DNA of 64,000 nt from an uncultured Clostridia bacterium. GTDB taxonomy: Bacteria > Bacillota > Clostridia > TANB77 > CAG-508. Each line of letters starts with the position of its first letter. Within the stretch, counting starts at the first letter, position 1. Made by a program: the position numbers and the translations under genes. Under the pieces are notes generated by a model. The model was not told where the DNA came from. It searched no databases and saw nothing but the letters and a program-made list of their open reading frames with translations. Shown piece by piece: positions 19,044-29,070 of the stretch. The stretch covers positions 1,033 to 65,032 of the forward strand of contig CANRBI010000002.1 of NCBI GenBank assembly GCA_947628775.1, written 5' to 3'.

Positions 19044-21380
19044 CTAGTTAGAATTATTATCATTTTTTCTTTTATAATTAACTACTATTGCATCTTCATT
19101 ATTAAATAAATATTTTGAATCTGTAGTATCAGTTTGTACTGGGTCATATTCATTATTATTGTCTATAAAATCAAGTTTTTTAGGATTGAATTTTTCTCTC
19201 CTTATTCCATTTTCTTCATCTTCTGTTTCTGTTGTTACACTATCAGAATATCTTCCAAAATCATATTTTTTAATTTTTTGAGGTTCTTTATATTTAGCAT
19301 CTAGGTAATTCATTATACCCATACCAGCTGCTGGTTTTCCTTTTTCATTTCTGTATTTATATGCACAATCTTTTTGAGAGAATGCCTGTAATTTACCAAC
19401 TTTAAAGTTTTCAACGAATTTCCATTCAACATTACCATGTTTAGAATCATATTGCATTGTTTTAAAATCAATAGTATTTGCAAATTTCCATTCTCTGTGT
19501 TGTCCAAGCTCAACAGACCACCATTCTAAGTCTTCTACTGTTGCTGTACCTGTAAATATCTTGTTTGCACAGTTTGCAAGAATTGTCTGTCTGTAGTTTT
19601 CTTTTGAAGTAGGGGTTTCAAGTTGAGATAGGTTTTGAGCTGATATTGTTGCTCCTACTTTATATTTTCTATACATTGTAAATATTGGTTCAGTTGCTTT
19701 TCCTATAAAGTCTGGGAACTCATCTATGTATAAGAAATGAGGTATTCTTGACTTTTCATTTCCAGGTCTTCTTAGTACTGCATTTTGCATAGCAATTAAG
19801 AAAAATAGTCCAAATGCTTTATGACTTGCAGCTCCTAAATCACCTCTTCTGGTACATACAAAAGTTATATCACCATTTGCTAACATATCATCAAAATTTA
19901 TATTATTATGTCTGTTGCAAAGTATATTTTTAACTCCATCTAATCTAAGTAAATTATCTAATTGTGAAACTGCTGCAAATATGTATTGTTCTGTTGCATG
20001 AGTACCAGAACCTGTTTTGTAAAAATTCTTTTTAAAATATGCTAGTTGAGTTGAGTATTTTTCTTTTAATTTTTCATCATGTGCAAGTATTTCACACATT
20101 TTTTCAACTAGTTCAAAATTTGTAAGCATTTTTAACATATCTTCTAAGTTAGGAAGTGAACCTTCATTCATTCTAGGGTACATTTCTTTTAGTAATATTG
20201 AAACATTTTCTATTGCTTGAATTACAACATCTTCTCTATATGCTTCTTGTGTTTCAACATGTGCATTATTATACATTGCTTTAAGTGCAGATGATATTGT
20301 AACAGCAATTTTATATGGATCATCATATACAAATGGATTAAGACCAATTGAATTTAAATCTGTTGGATCAATTATGTTATATGATAGTCCAAAGTTTTTA
20401 GCAACATCCATCATATGGTCTGATATTTCTCTATCTGGTGACATTACTGTTATACCATTATTTCTGTATACTAATTCTGGTGTATCTGCTAAAATCATTT
20501 TTTTCATATATGCTTTGAATATTGTGTCTTTTCCATATGCAGGTGATAACATATTTAAGTTAAAATTTGAGTTTATATAATTATTATCATATGGTTTATT
20601 AAGTACAGCTATTTGTGTTTTTAGAGCTGTAAATCCCATTTCTTTTGAAACTTCCTTAAAGAAAAATTTTCTTTCCAAATCTCTTGCTATAAATGGTTCA
20701 AATACCATTGAAGTTTTACCACTTCCAGAACCACCACAAACTAAAGTTGATTGGAATCTTGAAGATTCTGGCATTATATTTGTTTTACCTGTCTCAGCAT
20801 CTTTAAATAAAAATAATTCACATGTAAAAGGACCGTGTCCTTCTTTTTTATTTGATAAGTCAATTCCTTCATAATCCCATATAGAACGTGTTTGATCTAA
20901 TGAATCATTAACACCCATGTATAAAAATCTGAATATTTTATATCCAGCAGCTATTGGTATAAATAGGGCCATTGTTGTTAGTGCTGGTCTAAATAGTTCT
21001 GAAAAATTTGTAACCAAATCATCATATCCAGGTGTTGATACTAGAAATAACCATACACCCATATTAAGCCATTGAGTGAACATTGATGCAGCTATGGTTC
21101 CTAGTAATATAAAGTATGTAAAAAATATTTTTACCTTTTGTGCTTTTGATGTAGAATATTCTGATGGTACAGAAAATGCATATGCTAGCATTGGACAGGC
21201 GAGAGCTAGGCAATATTGAATAGGATTCCAATAAGAGTATGATACGCCTGTAAATATGATAAATAATATTTCTACAACTCTATCAACAACTAGGTAAAGT
21301 GTAATTAGTGTAAAAAGGTAAGTTGCAAAGTTATTTCTGGTTGTATTCAATTTTTTCAAAAGTTTATCAATTAACTTCAT
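19044..21380 (-). CDS. VirD4/TraG/TraD-like type IV coupling-protein-family ATPase with polytopic N-terminal membrane domain (orphan)
   Basis: About 5 N-terminal TM helices, Walker A CGGSGSGKTS, Walker B-like HFLYIDEFPDFIG. A TraG-D_C-like tail follows (YRKYKVGATISAQNLSQLE...ILANCANKIFTG). Confidence 0.6.
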   Translation of the reverse strand: MKLIDKLLKKLNTTRNNFATYLFTLITLYLVVDRVVEILFIIFTGVSYSYWNPIQYCLALACPMLAYAFSVPSEYSTSKAQKVKIFFTYFILLGTIAASMFTQWLNMGVWLFLVSTPGYDDLVTNFSELFRPALTTMALFIPIAAGYKIFRFLYMGVNDSLDQTRSIWDYEGIDLSNKKEGHGPFTCELFLFKDAETGKTNIMPESSRFQSTLVCGGSGSGKTSMVFEPFIARDLERKFFFKEVSKEMGFTALKTQIAVLNKPYDNNYINSNFNLNMLSPAYGKDTIFKAYMKKMILADTPELVYRNNGITVMSPDREISDHMMDVAKNFGLSYNIIDPTDLNSIGLNPFVYDDPYKIAVTISSALKAMYNNAHVETQEAYREDVVIQAIENVSILLKEMYPRMNEGSLPNLEDMLKMLTNFELVEKMCEILAHDEKLKEKYSTQLAYFKKNFYKTGSGTHATEQYIFAAVSQLDNLLRLDGVKNILCNRHNNINFDDMLANGDITFVCTRRGDLGAASHKAFGLFFLIAMQNAVLRRPGNEKSRIPHFLYIDEFPDFIGKATEPIFTMYRKYKVGATISAQNLSQLETPTSKENYRQTILANCANKIFTGTATVEDLEWWSVELGQHREWKFANTIDFKTMQYDSKHGNVEWKFVENFKVGKLQAFSQKDCAYKYRNEKGKPAAGMGIMNYLDAKYKEPQKIKKYDFGRYSDSVTTETEDEENGIRREKFNPKKLDFIDNNNEYDPVQTDTTDSKYLFNNEDAIVVNYKRKNDNNSN

Positions 21381-21514
21381 TTAAATTTTCCTCTTTCTAA
21401 AATATATAATCATACATATATATTATCCTATAAAATCGCGAAAAAATCAAGTGTTTTTGGAATATTTTTTCAGCTTATACATATAATAATTTAAAAAATA
21501 ATGAGGTGATTTTT

Positions 21515-21802
21515 ATGCAGGAAATATATAGAAGAGATGAACCAATTATAGAAAAAACTGAAATAGATAAAGAAACAGAATTAATAATGAGTATTATAAA
21601 AACAAGAAGAGAGTTAGATTATGCAAATAAAAACTATGAATTTGCAGATTCTGACCTAATTGATTATTATATATATCAAATGAAAGCTAATCAAGCTAAA
21701 TTAGACTATTTAATAAAAATGGCTAAAGTAAAAGGTTTAAATGTTAATTTTATAAAAGATATGGAATATAGTTTTTATGAACAAGAAGAAGATGTAATTT
21801 AA
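21515..21802 (+). CDS. yaaL: YaaL-family protein (DUF2508)
   Basis: ATG 21515 after GAGGTG RBS. The pattern RRELDYANKNYEFADSDLIDYYIYQMKANQAKLDYLIKMAK fits, and it sits next to bofA as in Bacillus. Confidence 0.65.
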   Translation: MQEIYRRDEPIIEKTEIDKETELIMSIIKTRRELDYANKNYEFADSDLIDYYIYQMKANQAKLDYLIKMAKVKGLNVNFIKDMEYSFYEQEEDVI

Positions 21803-21869
21803 TTTTAGTTATTATTTATCCTTTTTTTGCATAGCAATATAATAAAAAGGTAGCAAAGAAGGGGTGTTT

Positions 21870-22130
21870 ATGAATACTAATATTATAACATATTTAGCAT
21901 GTATATGCTTTATATTTTTGTTTGGTAGAATTTTTATTGTACCTATTAAAAAAGTATTAAAATTAGTTTTAAATTCATTAATTGGAGCATTTGTTATTTT
22001 TTTAATAAATCTAATTGGGTCAAGTTTTGGCTTTCATATAGGACTTAATTTTTTTACAAGTATTTTAATAGGATTACTAGGAGTACCAGGAGCAGTTGTT
22101 TTAATAATAGTTAAACTATTAATAGGATAA
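21870..22130 (+). CDS. bofA: pro-sigma-K processing inhibitor BofA
   Basis: Small 2-TM protein with LNSLIGAFVIFLINL...GLNFFTSILIGLLGVPGAVVL. ATG 21870 follows GAAGGGG. Confidence 0.75.
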   Translation: MNTNIITYLACICFIFLFGRIFIVPIKKVLKLVLNSLIGAFVIFLINLIGSSFGFHIGLNFFTSILIGLLGVPGAVVLIIVKLLIG

Positions 22131-22164
22131 AAAAAGATGACAATTAAGTCATCTTTAAAATATA

Positions 22165-24009
22165 TTATTCTACAGTTACTGATTTAGCTAAATTTCTTGG
22201 CTTATCTACATCAAGTCCTTTTTCTTTTGAAATATAATATGCTAATAATTGAAGAGGTATAATTGCAAGTACTGGTGAGATAAATGCATTTGTTTCTGGT
22301 ATTTTAATAGAAAAATCAAAAGTACTCAAATCTAAATCTTGATTAGTAACAATTAAGGTTTTTGCTCCACGAGTTATAACTTCTTGTATATTACTAATAG
22401 TTTTTTTGGTTAAATCTTTATCTGTTAAAGAAGCAATAACAGTAACTCCTTTTTCAATTAAAGCAATTGCACCATGTTTTAATTCTCCAGCTGCATAACT
22501 TTCAGAATGAATATATGAAATTTCTTTTAATTTTAAACTTCCTTCTTTTGCAATAGCATTATCAATACCTCTACCTATATAAAATACATCTTTTTCTTGA
22601 TATATTTTTTTAGCAAAATCTTTTACACATTCAGAATGTTCAATTGTTTGTGAAATTTTTTCAGGTAATTCTAAAATATCTTTTTTTAATGTATTCAAAT
22701 AATTAATATCATTATTTTCCAAAACTTCTGCCATATATATTGCAAGTACATTTAATAAAACAATCTGAGATGTATATGCCTTTGTTGAAGCAACAGCAAT
22801 TTCAGGTCCTGCATGTGTATATATAGCAAGGTCAGATTCTCTTGATAAAGAACTTCCTATTACATTAGAAATAGCAAGAGTTTTTGCACCTTTTTGTTTT
22901 GAAAGTTTTAGTGCTGCAATTGTATCAGCAGTTTCACCAGATTGAGAAATAAATATACACAAAGTTTTATCATCTATTAAAGGATCACGATAACGGAATT
23001 CTGAAGCAATATCTACTTCTGTTTGAATTCTGCAAAGTTTTTCTATTATAGCTTTTCCTGCTAAACCTGCATGCATTGCAGTACCACATGCTACAATATA
23101 TATCCTATTCAAACTTGATAAATATTCTTTTGTGAAATTTAATTCATTAAAACATGTTTTTTGATTTTCTTGAAATCTTGCACCAACAGTTTCTCTTGTT
23201 GATGTTACTTGTTCATGAATTTCTTTTAACATATAATCTTCGTAACCATTTTTTTCAGCTCCAATTGCATCCCATTCAATAGATGTTAGTTCTTTATTAA
23301 TAGGATTCAAATCAGTATCATAAAATTTTGCATCATTTCGTGATAAAACTACAAATTCAAAATCATTTAATAAATAAAAAGTTCTTGTAAAAGAAAGTAT
23401 TGCTGGAATATCAGATGAAAGATAATTTTCACCATCTGCTTTACCAATTACAAGAGGACTATCTTTTCTAACAACAATCATATTATCAGGAAAATCTTTG
23501 CAAATAACTTCTATTGCAAAACTTCCTTTTAAATCTAAGCAGGCATTACGAACAGCTTTTAAAAAACGATTAATACCAATTTCATCTTTCAAATTTTTAT
23601 AGTAATAATGAATTAAATTTGGAATAACTTCTGTATCTGTTTCAGAATAAAAAGTATAACCTTCATCTTTTAGTTTATTTCTTAAAGAATAGTAATTTTC
23701 TATAATACCATTATGTACTACACTAAAATTTTTACTATTATCTGTGTGAGGATGTGAATTTTCTTTAGATGGTATTCCATGAGTTGCCCATCTTGTATGT
23801 GCAATTCCAATAGTACCTTCTAAATCATCAATACCTGGTAATTCAGATAAATTTTTTACTCTACCTATATTTTTCATTAAAGATATACCATTTTTTTCAA
23901 TAGTAGAGAGTCCAGCAGAGTCATATCCTCTATATTCTAATCTTAATAATCCATTAATTAAGATTGGACTTGCTTTTTTAGTTCCTATGTATCCTACAAT
24001 TCCACACAT
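22165..24009 (-). CDS. glmS: glutamine--fructose-6-phosphate aminotransferase (isomerizing)
   Basis: MCGIVGY N-terminal nucleophile, two SIS domains, C-terminal KSVTVE. Confidence 0.95.
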   Translation of the reverse strand: MCGIVGYIGTKKASPILINGLLRLEYRGYDSAGLSTIEKNGISLMKNIGRVKNLSELPGIDDLEGTIGIAHTRWATHGIPSKENSHPHTDNSKNFSVVHNGIIENYYSLRNKLKDEGYTFYSETDTEVIPNLIHYYYKNLKDEIGINRFLKAVRNACLDLKGSFAIEVICKDFPDNMIVVRKDSPLVIGKADGENYLSSDIPAILSFTRTFYLLNDFEFVVLSRNDAKFYDTDLNPINKELTSIEWDAIGAEKNGYEDYMLKEIHEQVTSTRETVGARFQENQKTCFNELNFTKEYLSSLNRIYIVACGTAMHAGLAGKAIIEKLCRIQTEVDIASEFRYRDPLIDDKTLCIFISQSGETADTIAALKLSKQKGAKTLAISNVIGSSLSRESDLAIYTHAGPEIAVASTKAYTSQIVLLNVLAIYMAEVLENNDINYLNTLKKDILELPEKISQTIEHSECVKDFAKKIYQEKDVFYIGRGIDNAIAKEGSLKLKEISYIHSESYAAGELKHGAIALIEKGVTVIASLTDKDLTKKTISNIQEVITRGAKTLIVTNQDLDLSTFDFSIKIPETNAFISPVLAIIPLQLLAYYISKEKGLDVDKPRNLAKSVTVE

Positions 24010-24119
24010 GTCTTTTCCTCCTTTTTTATATTATATTACACTAATTTTAAAAAAGTGTAAAGACTTTACCCTTTAAAAAAACATAAATATGTGTTATACT
24101 AGAAAAGAAGGAGAAGAAT

Positions 24120-25907
24120 ATGTTTAATATTGAAGAAGAAATAACCAAGTTACCATCAAAGCCAGGTGTATATATAATGAGGGATAAAGATGATAATATA
24201 ATATATGTTGGTAAGGCAGTTTCTTTAAAAAATAGGGTAACACAATATTTTAGAAAAAATAATAAAACAGAACGAATTAAAAAAATGGTAAGTTTAATTG
24301 ACCATTTTGAATATATAGTTGTTGACAATGAGGCAGAGGCATTAATTTTAGAATGTAATCTTATAAAGAAAAACAGACCTAAATTTAATGTTTTATTAAA
24401 AGATGATAAAACATATCCTTATATAAAAATTGATGTTAAATCTGATTTTCCAACAGTTACATTTACAAGGCGAATTGTAAATGATGGCTCAAAATATTTT
24501 GGACCATATGCTAACCCAGGTAGTTGTAAAGAAATGATAGATTTTATAAAAGAAAAATATCAGATTAGACAATGTAGAGTGTTAAAAACCAGAATAAGAC
24601 CATGTTTGAATTACCATATAAAAAGATGTTTAGCACCATGTATGGGTAATGTAAATCAGCAAGAATATAGAAAACAAATAAATGAAATTATTGATTTATT
24701 AGATGGAAAAACAGATAAAATTTTAAAAGAATTGCAAAATAAAATGGATATAGCATCTAAAAATTTAGATTATGAAAAAGCAGCAGAACTAAGAGATAGA
24801 AAAAATGCTATTGAAAGAGTATCTGCTAAACAAAAGGTATCTAATATATCAGAAAATAATATTGATGTAATAGGAATGTATAAATCAGAATTAGAAGTAT
24901 GTATAGAAGTATTTTTCGTACGTGGAAGTAAAATGATAGGAAGAGAACATTACTTTTTCAATGAATTAAAAGATATGGAAGATAAAGAAATTTTATCAGG
25001 ATTTATTAAACAATATTATATGGATAATCTCAACATTCCTAATAAAATTATGCTTAGAGAAGAACTAGAAGACAAAAAAGTAATTGAAAAATGGCTATCA
25101 AATGAATCAGGAAAAAAGGTAGAATTAAAAAGCCCTAAAAAAGGCGAAAAATTAAGATTTGTAGAAATGGCAGAAATGAATAGTAAAGTTACTTTAGAAA
25201 ATAAAGAAAAGGATAGAAGTGAGATACTACTTGAATTAAAAGAAGTTTTGAAATTAGACAAATTACCAAGAAAAATTGAAACATATGATATATCAAACAT
25301 CTCAGGAGAATATATGGTAGCTGCAATGTGTGTAATGCAAGATGGTGTTATAAAAAAGAACTTATCTAGGAGATTTAGAATAAAAACTGTATATGGTCAA
25401 GATGATCCTAAATGTATGGAAGAAGTTATTACAAGAAGGCTTAAACATTCAATAGATAAGCCAAATGGAGGTTTTGGTAGCTTACCAGATGTTATATTTG
25501 CTGATGGAGGTATTACACAAATTAGAGCAACAAAAAGGGCTATTGAAAAATATAACTTAAATATACCTGTTTTTGGAATGGTAAAAAATGATAAGCATCA
25601 AACTAGAGCATTAATGAATGAGAATAGAGAAGAACTAAAAATATCAGATAATTTGAAAAATACAATAACAAGATTTCAAGATGTTGTACATGATACAGCT
25701 ATTACATATCATAGAAGTCTAAGAGAAAAAGAAATGACTAAATCTGAATTAGATGAAATACAAGGAATAGGTGAAACTAAAAAGAGATTATTACTTACTC
25801 ATTTTGGAAGTGTAGAAAAAATAAAAAAGGCAACTAAAGAAGAATTGCAACAGGTAAAAGGTATTAATGAAAAAATCGCAAATGAAATATGGAATATGTG
25901 GCATTAA
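24120..25907 (+). CDS. uvrC: excinuclease ABC subunit C
   Basis: GIY-YIG N-terminus (PGVYIMRDKDDNIIYVGKA), UVR domain, C-terminal HhH. Confidence 0.95.
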   Translation: MFNIEEEITKLPSKPGVYIMRDKDDNIIYVGKAVSLKNRVTQYFRKNNKTERIKKMVSLIDHFEYIVVDNEAEALILECNLIKKNRPKFNVLLKDDKTYPYIKIDVKSDFPTVTFTRRIVNDGSKYFGPYANPGSCKEMIDFIKEKYQIRQCRVLKTRIRPCLNYHIKRCLAPCMGNVNQQEYRKQINEIIDLLDGKTDKILKELQNKMDIASKNLDYEKAAELRDRKNAIERVSAKQKVSNISENNIDVIGMYKSELEVCIEVFFVRGSKMIGREHYFFNELKDMEDKEILSGFIKQYYMDNLNIPNKIMLREELEDKKVIEKWLSNESGKKVELKSPKKGEKLRFVEMAEMNSKVTLENKEKDRSEILLELKEVLKLDKLPRKIETYDISNISGEYMVAAMCVMQDGVIKKNLSRRFRIKTVYGQDDPKCMEEVITRRLKHSIDKPNGGFGSLPDVIFADGGITQIRATKRAIEKYNLNIPVFGMVKNDKHQTRALMNENREELKISDNLKNTITRFQDVVHDTAITYHRSLREKEMTKSELDEIQGIGETKKRLLLTHFGSVEKIKKATKEELQQVKGINEKIANEIWNMWH

Positions 25908-25932
25908 AAGCAACTCATTATGAGTTGTTTTT
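25908..25932 (+). terminator. rho-independent terminator
   Basis: caactca / tgagttg stem plus TTTTT. Confidence 0.65.
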
Positions 25933-25992
25933 ATAAATTTTAGGAATAAATTTAATAATCTAGCATATATATTATATAAAGGGGGACAAGTT

Positions 25993-26211
25993 ATGGAAGG
26001 TATAGAAGAACAATTTTTTAAAGTTAAGTATAATGCAAAAGTAGATAGGTTGCAAGTTACAAAACCAAAATGGACAAGCAGGTTTTTAGAAAAGTTAAGA
26101 AAACATAAAATTATTAGTGGTGTTTTAATCTTATTTATACTTTTTTCAGCAATAGACTTTTTTTTAATAAGTAATTTTATGAAAATCATGTTAGCTATTG
26201 ATACATTTTAA
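25993..26211 (+). CDS. small hypothetical membrane protein (72 aa)
   Basis: GGGGGA RBS, C-terminal TM helix (IISGVLILFILFSAIDFFLI). Confidence 0.45.
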   Translation: MEGIEEQFFKVKYNAKVDRLQVTKPKWTSRFLEKLRKHKIISGVLILFILFSAIDFFLISNFMKIMLAIDTF

Positions 26212-26301
26212 ATTATATGTATTGAATTTAAGCAAAAAATGTAGTAAAATATATCTATTCTAGAAAAAGGAGGATAGTGGTAATTTTACTACTTATAATA
26301 T

Positions 26302-27180
26302 ATGAAAATAGCAAATGATTGGAAAGATTATAAAATATTAGACATGGCAGATGGTCAAAAACTAGAAAAATGGGGAAATGTTATTTTATCAAGACCTGAC
26401 CCACAAATTATATGGAAAAATAAAAGCTTTCCTAAGAAATGGGATGAAGTTAGTAGTACATATCATAGAAGTAAAACAGGTGGTGGTTCATGGGAATATA
26501 ATAAAAAATTGCCTAAACAGTGGCAAATAAAGTATAAAGATTTAACTTTTAACATAAAACCAATGGGATTTAAACACACAGGACTTTTTCCTGAACAAGC
26601 TGTTAATTGGGACTGGATGATAGAAAAAATAAAAAATGCTAAATCAAATAGGAATACTGAAATAAAAGTATTAAATTTATTTGCATATACTGGTGGAGCA
26701 ACAGTTGCATGTCTATCTGCAGGAGCATCTGTTTGTCATGTCGACAGTTCAAAAGGTATGACAACATGGGCAAAGGAAAATGTAATATCATCTGGATTAG
26801 AAAAAAAGCCAGTTCGTTTTATTGTTGATGATGTTGTTAAATTTGTAAATAGAGAAATTAGAAGAGGAAATAAATATGATGCTATAATTATGGATCCACC
26901 ATCATATGGTAGAGGAGCAAAAGGAGAAATATGGAAATTTGAAGAAAACATATATGATTTAGTTGATTTGTGCACAAAAGTTTTGTCTAATAAGCCTTTG
27001 TTTTTCTTGATTAATTCATATACTACTGGAATTTCTAGTAAAGTATTAGAAAATATTTTGCAATTAACTGTTGCAAAAAAATATAAAGGAAATATTGAAT
27101 CAGGAGAAGTTGGCTTACCAATGGAAAATTCAAAACTTATTTTACCTTGTGGAATTTATGCACGTTGGAATGAAATATAA
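26302..27180 (+). CDS. class I SAM-dependent methyltransferase (COG1092/RlmI-like rRNA methyltransferase core)
   Basis: SAM-binding motif VLNLFAYTGGATVA and IIMDPPSYGRG. Confidence 0.7.
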   Translation: MKIANDWKDYKILDMADGQKLEKWGNVILSRPDPQIIWKNKSFPKKWDEVSSTYHRSKTGGGSWEYNKKLPKQWQIKYKDLTFNIKPMGFKHTGLFPEQAVNWDWMIEKIKNAKSNRNTEIKVLNLFAYTGGATVACLSAGASVCHVDSSKGMTTWAKENVISSGLEKKPVRFIVDDVVKFVNREIRRGNKYDAIIMDPPSYGRGAKGEIWKFEENIYDLVDLCTKVLSNKPLFFLINSYTTGISSKVLENILQLTVAKKYKGNIESGEVGLPMENSKLILPCGIYARWNEI

Positions 27181-27201
27181 AATAATGGAGATTGCTTATT
27201 A

Positions 27202-27879
27202 ATGGAAAAATTAAATGTAATATTTGAAGATAATCATATTATAGTTGTACAAAAAATTGTAAATGTACCATCTCAAGGAGACAAAACAGGAGATACTGAT
27301 ATGCTTACAATAGTAAAACAATATATAAAGGAAAAATATAAAAAAACAGGTAATGTTTATTTAGGTTTAGTACACAGATTAGATCGTCCTGTAGGTGGTA
27401 TAATGGTTTTTGCAAAAACATCAAAAGCAGCATCAAGGCTTAGTGACCAAGTAAGAGAAAAGAAATTCAAAAAAGAGTATTTAGCAGTTGTTGATGGTAA
27501 ATTTGAAGAGAAATCAGGTGTATTAGAAAATTATTTATATAAAGATGAAAGGAACAATATCAGTAAAGTTGTAAATAAAGATAAAAAGGGAGCAAAATAT
27601 GCAAAATTAGATTATGAAGTAATAGATTATAAACCAGATAAAGATTTATCTCTAATCAAAGTAAATTTACATACAGGGAGACATCATCAAATACGAGTTC
27701 AATTATCTAATTATGGACATAGTATATTTGGTGACCAAAAATATGGTAAAAGAGGTAAAGGCAAACAAATTGCACTATGGGCATATAATTTAGAATTTGA
27801 ACATCCTGTTACTAAAGAGATTATGAAATTTGAACTATATCCAGAAAATAAAGGAACATGGAAGTGGAATTTTAATTAA
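27202..27879 (+). CDS. RluA-family pseudouridine synthase
   Basis: Catalytic motif HRLDRPVGGIMVFAKT and GRHHQIRVQL. Confidence 0.85.
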   Translation: MEKLNVIFEDNHIIVVQKIVNVPSQGDKTGDTDMLTIVKQYIKEKYKKTGNVYLGLVHRLDRPVGGIMVFAKTSKAASRLSDQVREKKFKKEYLAVVDGKFEEKSGVLENYLYKDERNNISKVVNKDKKGAKYAKLDYEVIDYKPDKDLSLIKVNLHTGRHHQIRVQLSNYGHSIFGDQKYGKRGKGKQIALWAYNLEFEHPVTKEIMKFELYPENKGTWKWNFN

Positions 27880-27890
27880 TTAAGATATCA

Positions 27891-27932
27891 AAAAGTATTT
27901 TATCTAAATAAAAGATAAAGTGCTTTTTTTTT
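27891..27932 (+). terminator. rho-independent terminator
   Basis: 15-bp stem (two G-U pairs) aaaagtattttatct / agataaagtgctttt plus a long T-run. Confidence 0.75.
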
Positions 27933-28123
27933 GTGTTAATATTTTTATTTTATAAAAAAATCACAATTATGTAAATTTTATAAAAATGTATAAATCATTA
28001 ACAAAAATAAAAAATTGAAATAATGTAAAGCAAATAACGTGTTTTATAAAACATTTGTAATAAATCAGAAACTTAGTGATAAAATCGATTTAGCTTAAGA
28101 AAGCAAAGAGAGGTGAGAAAGAG

Positions 28124-28741
28124 ATGATTGATAAAATCTGTATGTTTCTAACCAATAAAATGCGAAAAGAAATACCTGATATAGATGATGAAAGGGCAGA
28201 AGTAATTAATTTTGGATTACAAATATTAATTGGTGAAATTCCAAAGACTTTTATAATGTTAGCAATAGCGTATTTCTTAGGAGTTTTTAAATTATCACTT
28301 ATAACATTTTTAATCATATTACCATATCGTACATTTTCAGGAGGATTTCATTTAAAGACACATTTAGGATGTATTATTGCAACAAGTTTAATGTATTGTT
28401 CTCCAGCATTATTATCTAAATATATTGTTTTAGACGGATATACAAAAATAATAACAATAGCTTTAATATGGATTTTTGGAATGATAATGATTAAACTATA
28501 TGCACCTGCAGATACAGAAAATGTACCAATATTAAGAAAAAAAGATAGAATGATAAAACAAATATTATCATATATTACACTAACAGTAGCTTTAATAATA
28601 GCAGCAGTTATTGATAATGCTACAATGTCAAATATAATAATTATAGGATATTTAATTCAAACATGTACAATTACAAGATTGGCATATAAGATTACTAAAA
28701 ACCAATATGGACATGAAGTTTATGAAGCATCTTCTGTATAA
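28124..28741 (+). CDS. agrB: accessory gene regulator B (AgrD-processing membrane peptidase)
   Basis: AgrB family pattern ERAEVINFGLQILIGEIPKTF...PYRTFSGGFHLKTHLGC. Polytopic, and followed by an agrD-like ORF. Confidence 0.85.
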   Translation: MIDKICMFLTNKMRKEIPDIDDERAEVINFGLQILIGEIPKTFIMLAIAYFLGVFKLSLITFLIILPYRTFSGGFHLKTHLGCIIATSLMYCSPALLSKYIVLDGYTKIITIALIWIFGMIMIKLYAPADTENVPILRKKDRMIKQILSYITLTVALIIAAVIDNATMSNIIIIGYLIQTCTITRLAYKITKNQYGHEVYEASSV

Positions 28742-28822
28742 ATTAAATTGATTAATACTTAAAGTGTAAGCCGGCAATACTTTAGTATTATAGATAAAAT
28801 ATTAATTGAAGGGGGAATTCCA

Positions 28823-28942
28823 ATGTTAAAATTCTTATCAAAAATAGCAGAAAAATATGCTAAATCTACAAATACAGCTTGCTTCTTTTGGGCTTTAATA
28901 CATCAACCAAAAATGCCAGCTAGCTTAATAAAGAAAGACTAA
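28823..28942 (+). CDS. agrD: autoinducing peptide precursor AgrD (39 aa)
   Basis: GGGGGA RBS. MLKFLSKIAEKYAKSTNTACFFWALIHQPKMPASLIKKD has an amphipathic leader, a single Cys and a conserved HQPKxP recognition tail. Below the ORF-track cutoff. Confidence 0.8.
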   Translation: MLKFLSKIAEKYAKSTNTACFFWALIHQPKMPASLIKKD

Positions 28943-29025
28943 TATGTTATTATTATTTAAGTAAAAACATTTAGTTTTTACTTAAATACATATATACTCA
29001 ATGTTGTTATGGAGTAATCCATAAG

Positions 29026-29056
29026 AAAAAACAGCTTATTTATAGCTGTTTTTTCT
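29026..29056. terminator. bidirectional terminator between agrD and agrC
   Basis: aaaaaacagct / agctgtttttt stem-loop. Confidence 0.75.
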
Positions 29057-29070
29057 TTATGAAATATTTA

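Noticed and set aside
24010-24119. Possible glmS ribozyme upstream of glmS
   Set aside because: The 5' region before the divergent uvrC start is only about 110 nt and is almost pure AT. It is too short and lacks the conserved GC-rich core pairings of the glmS ribozyme.
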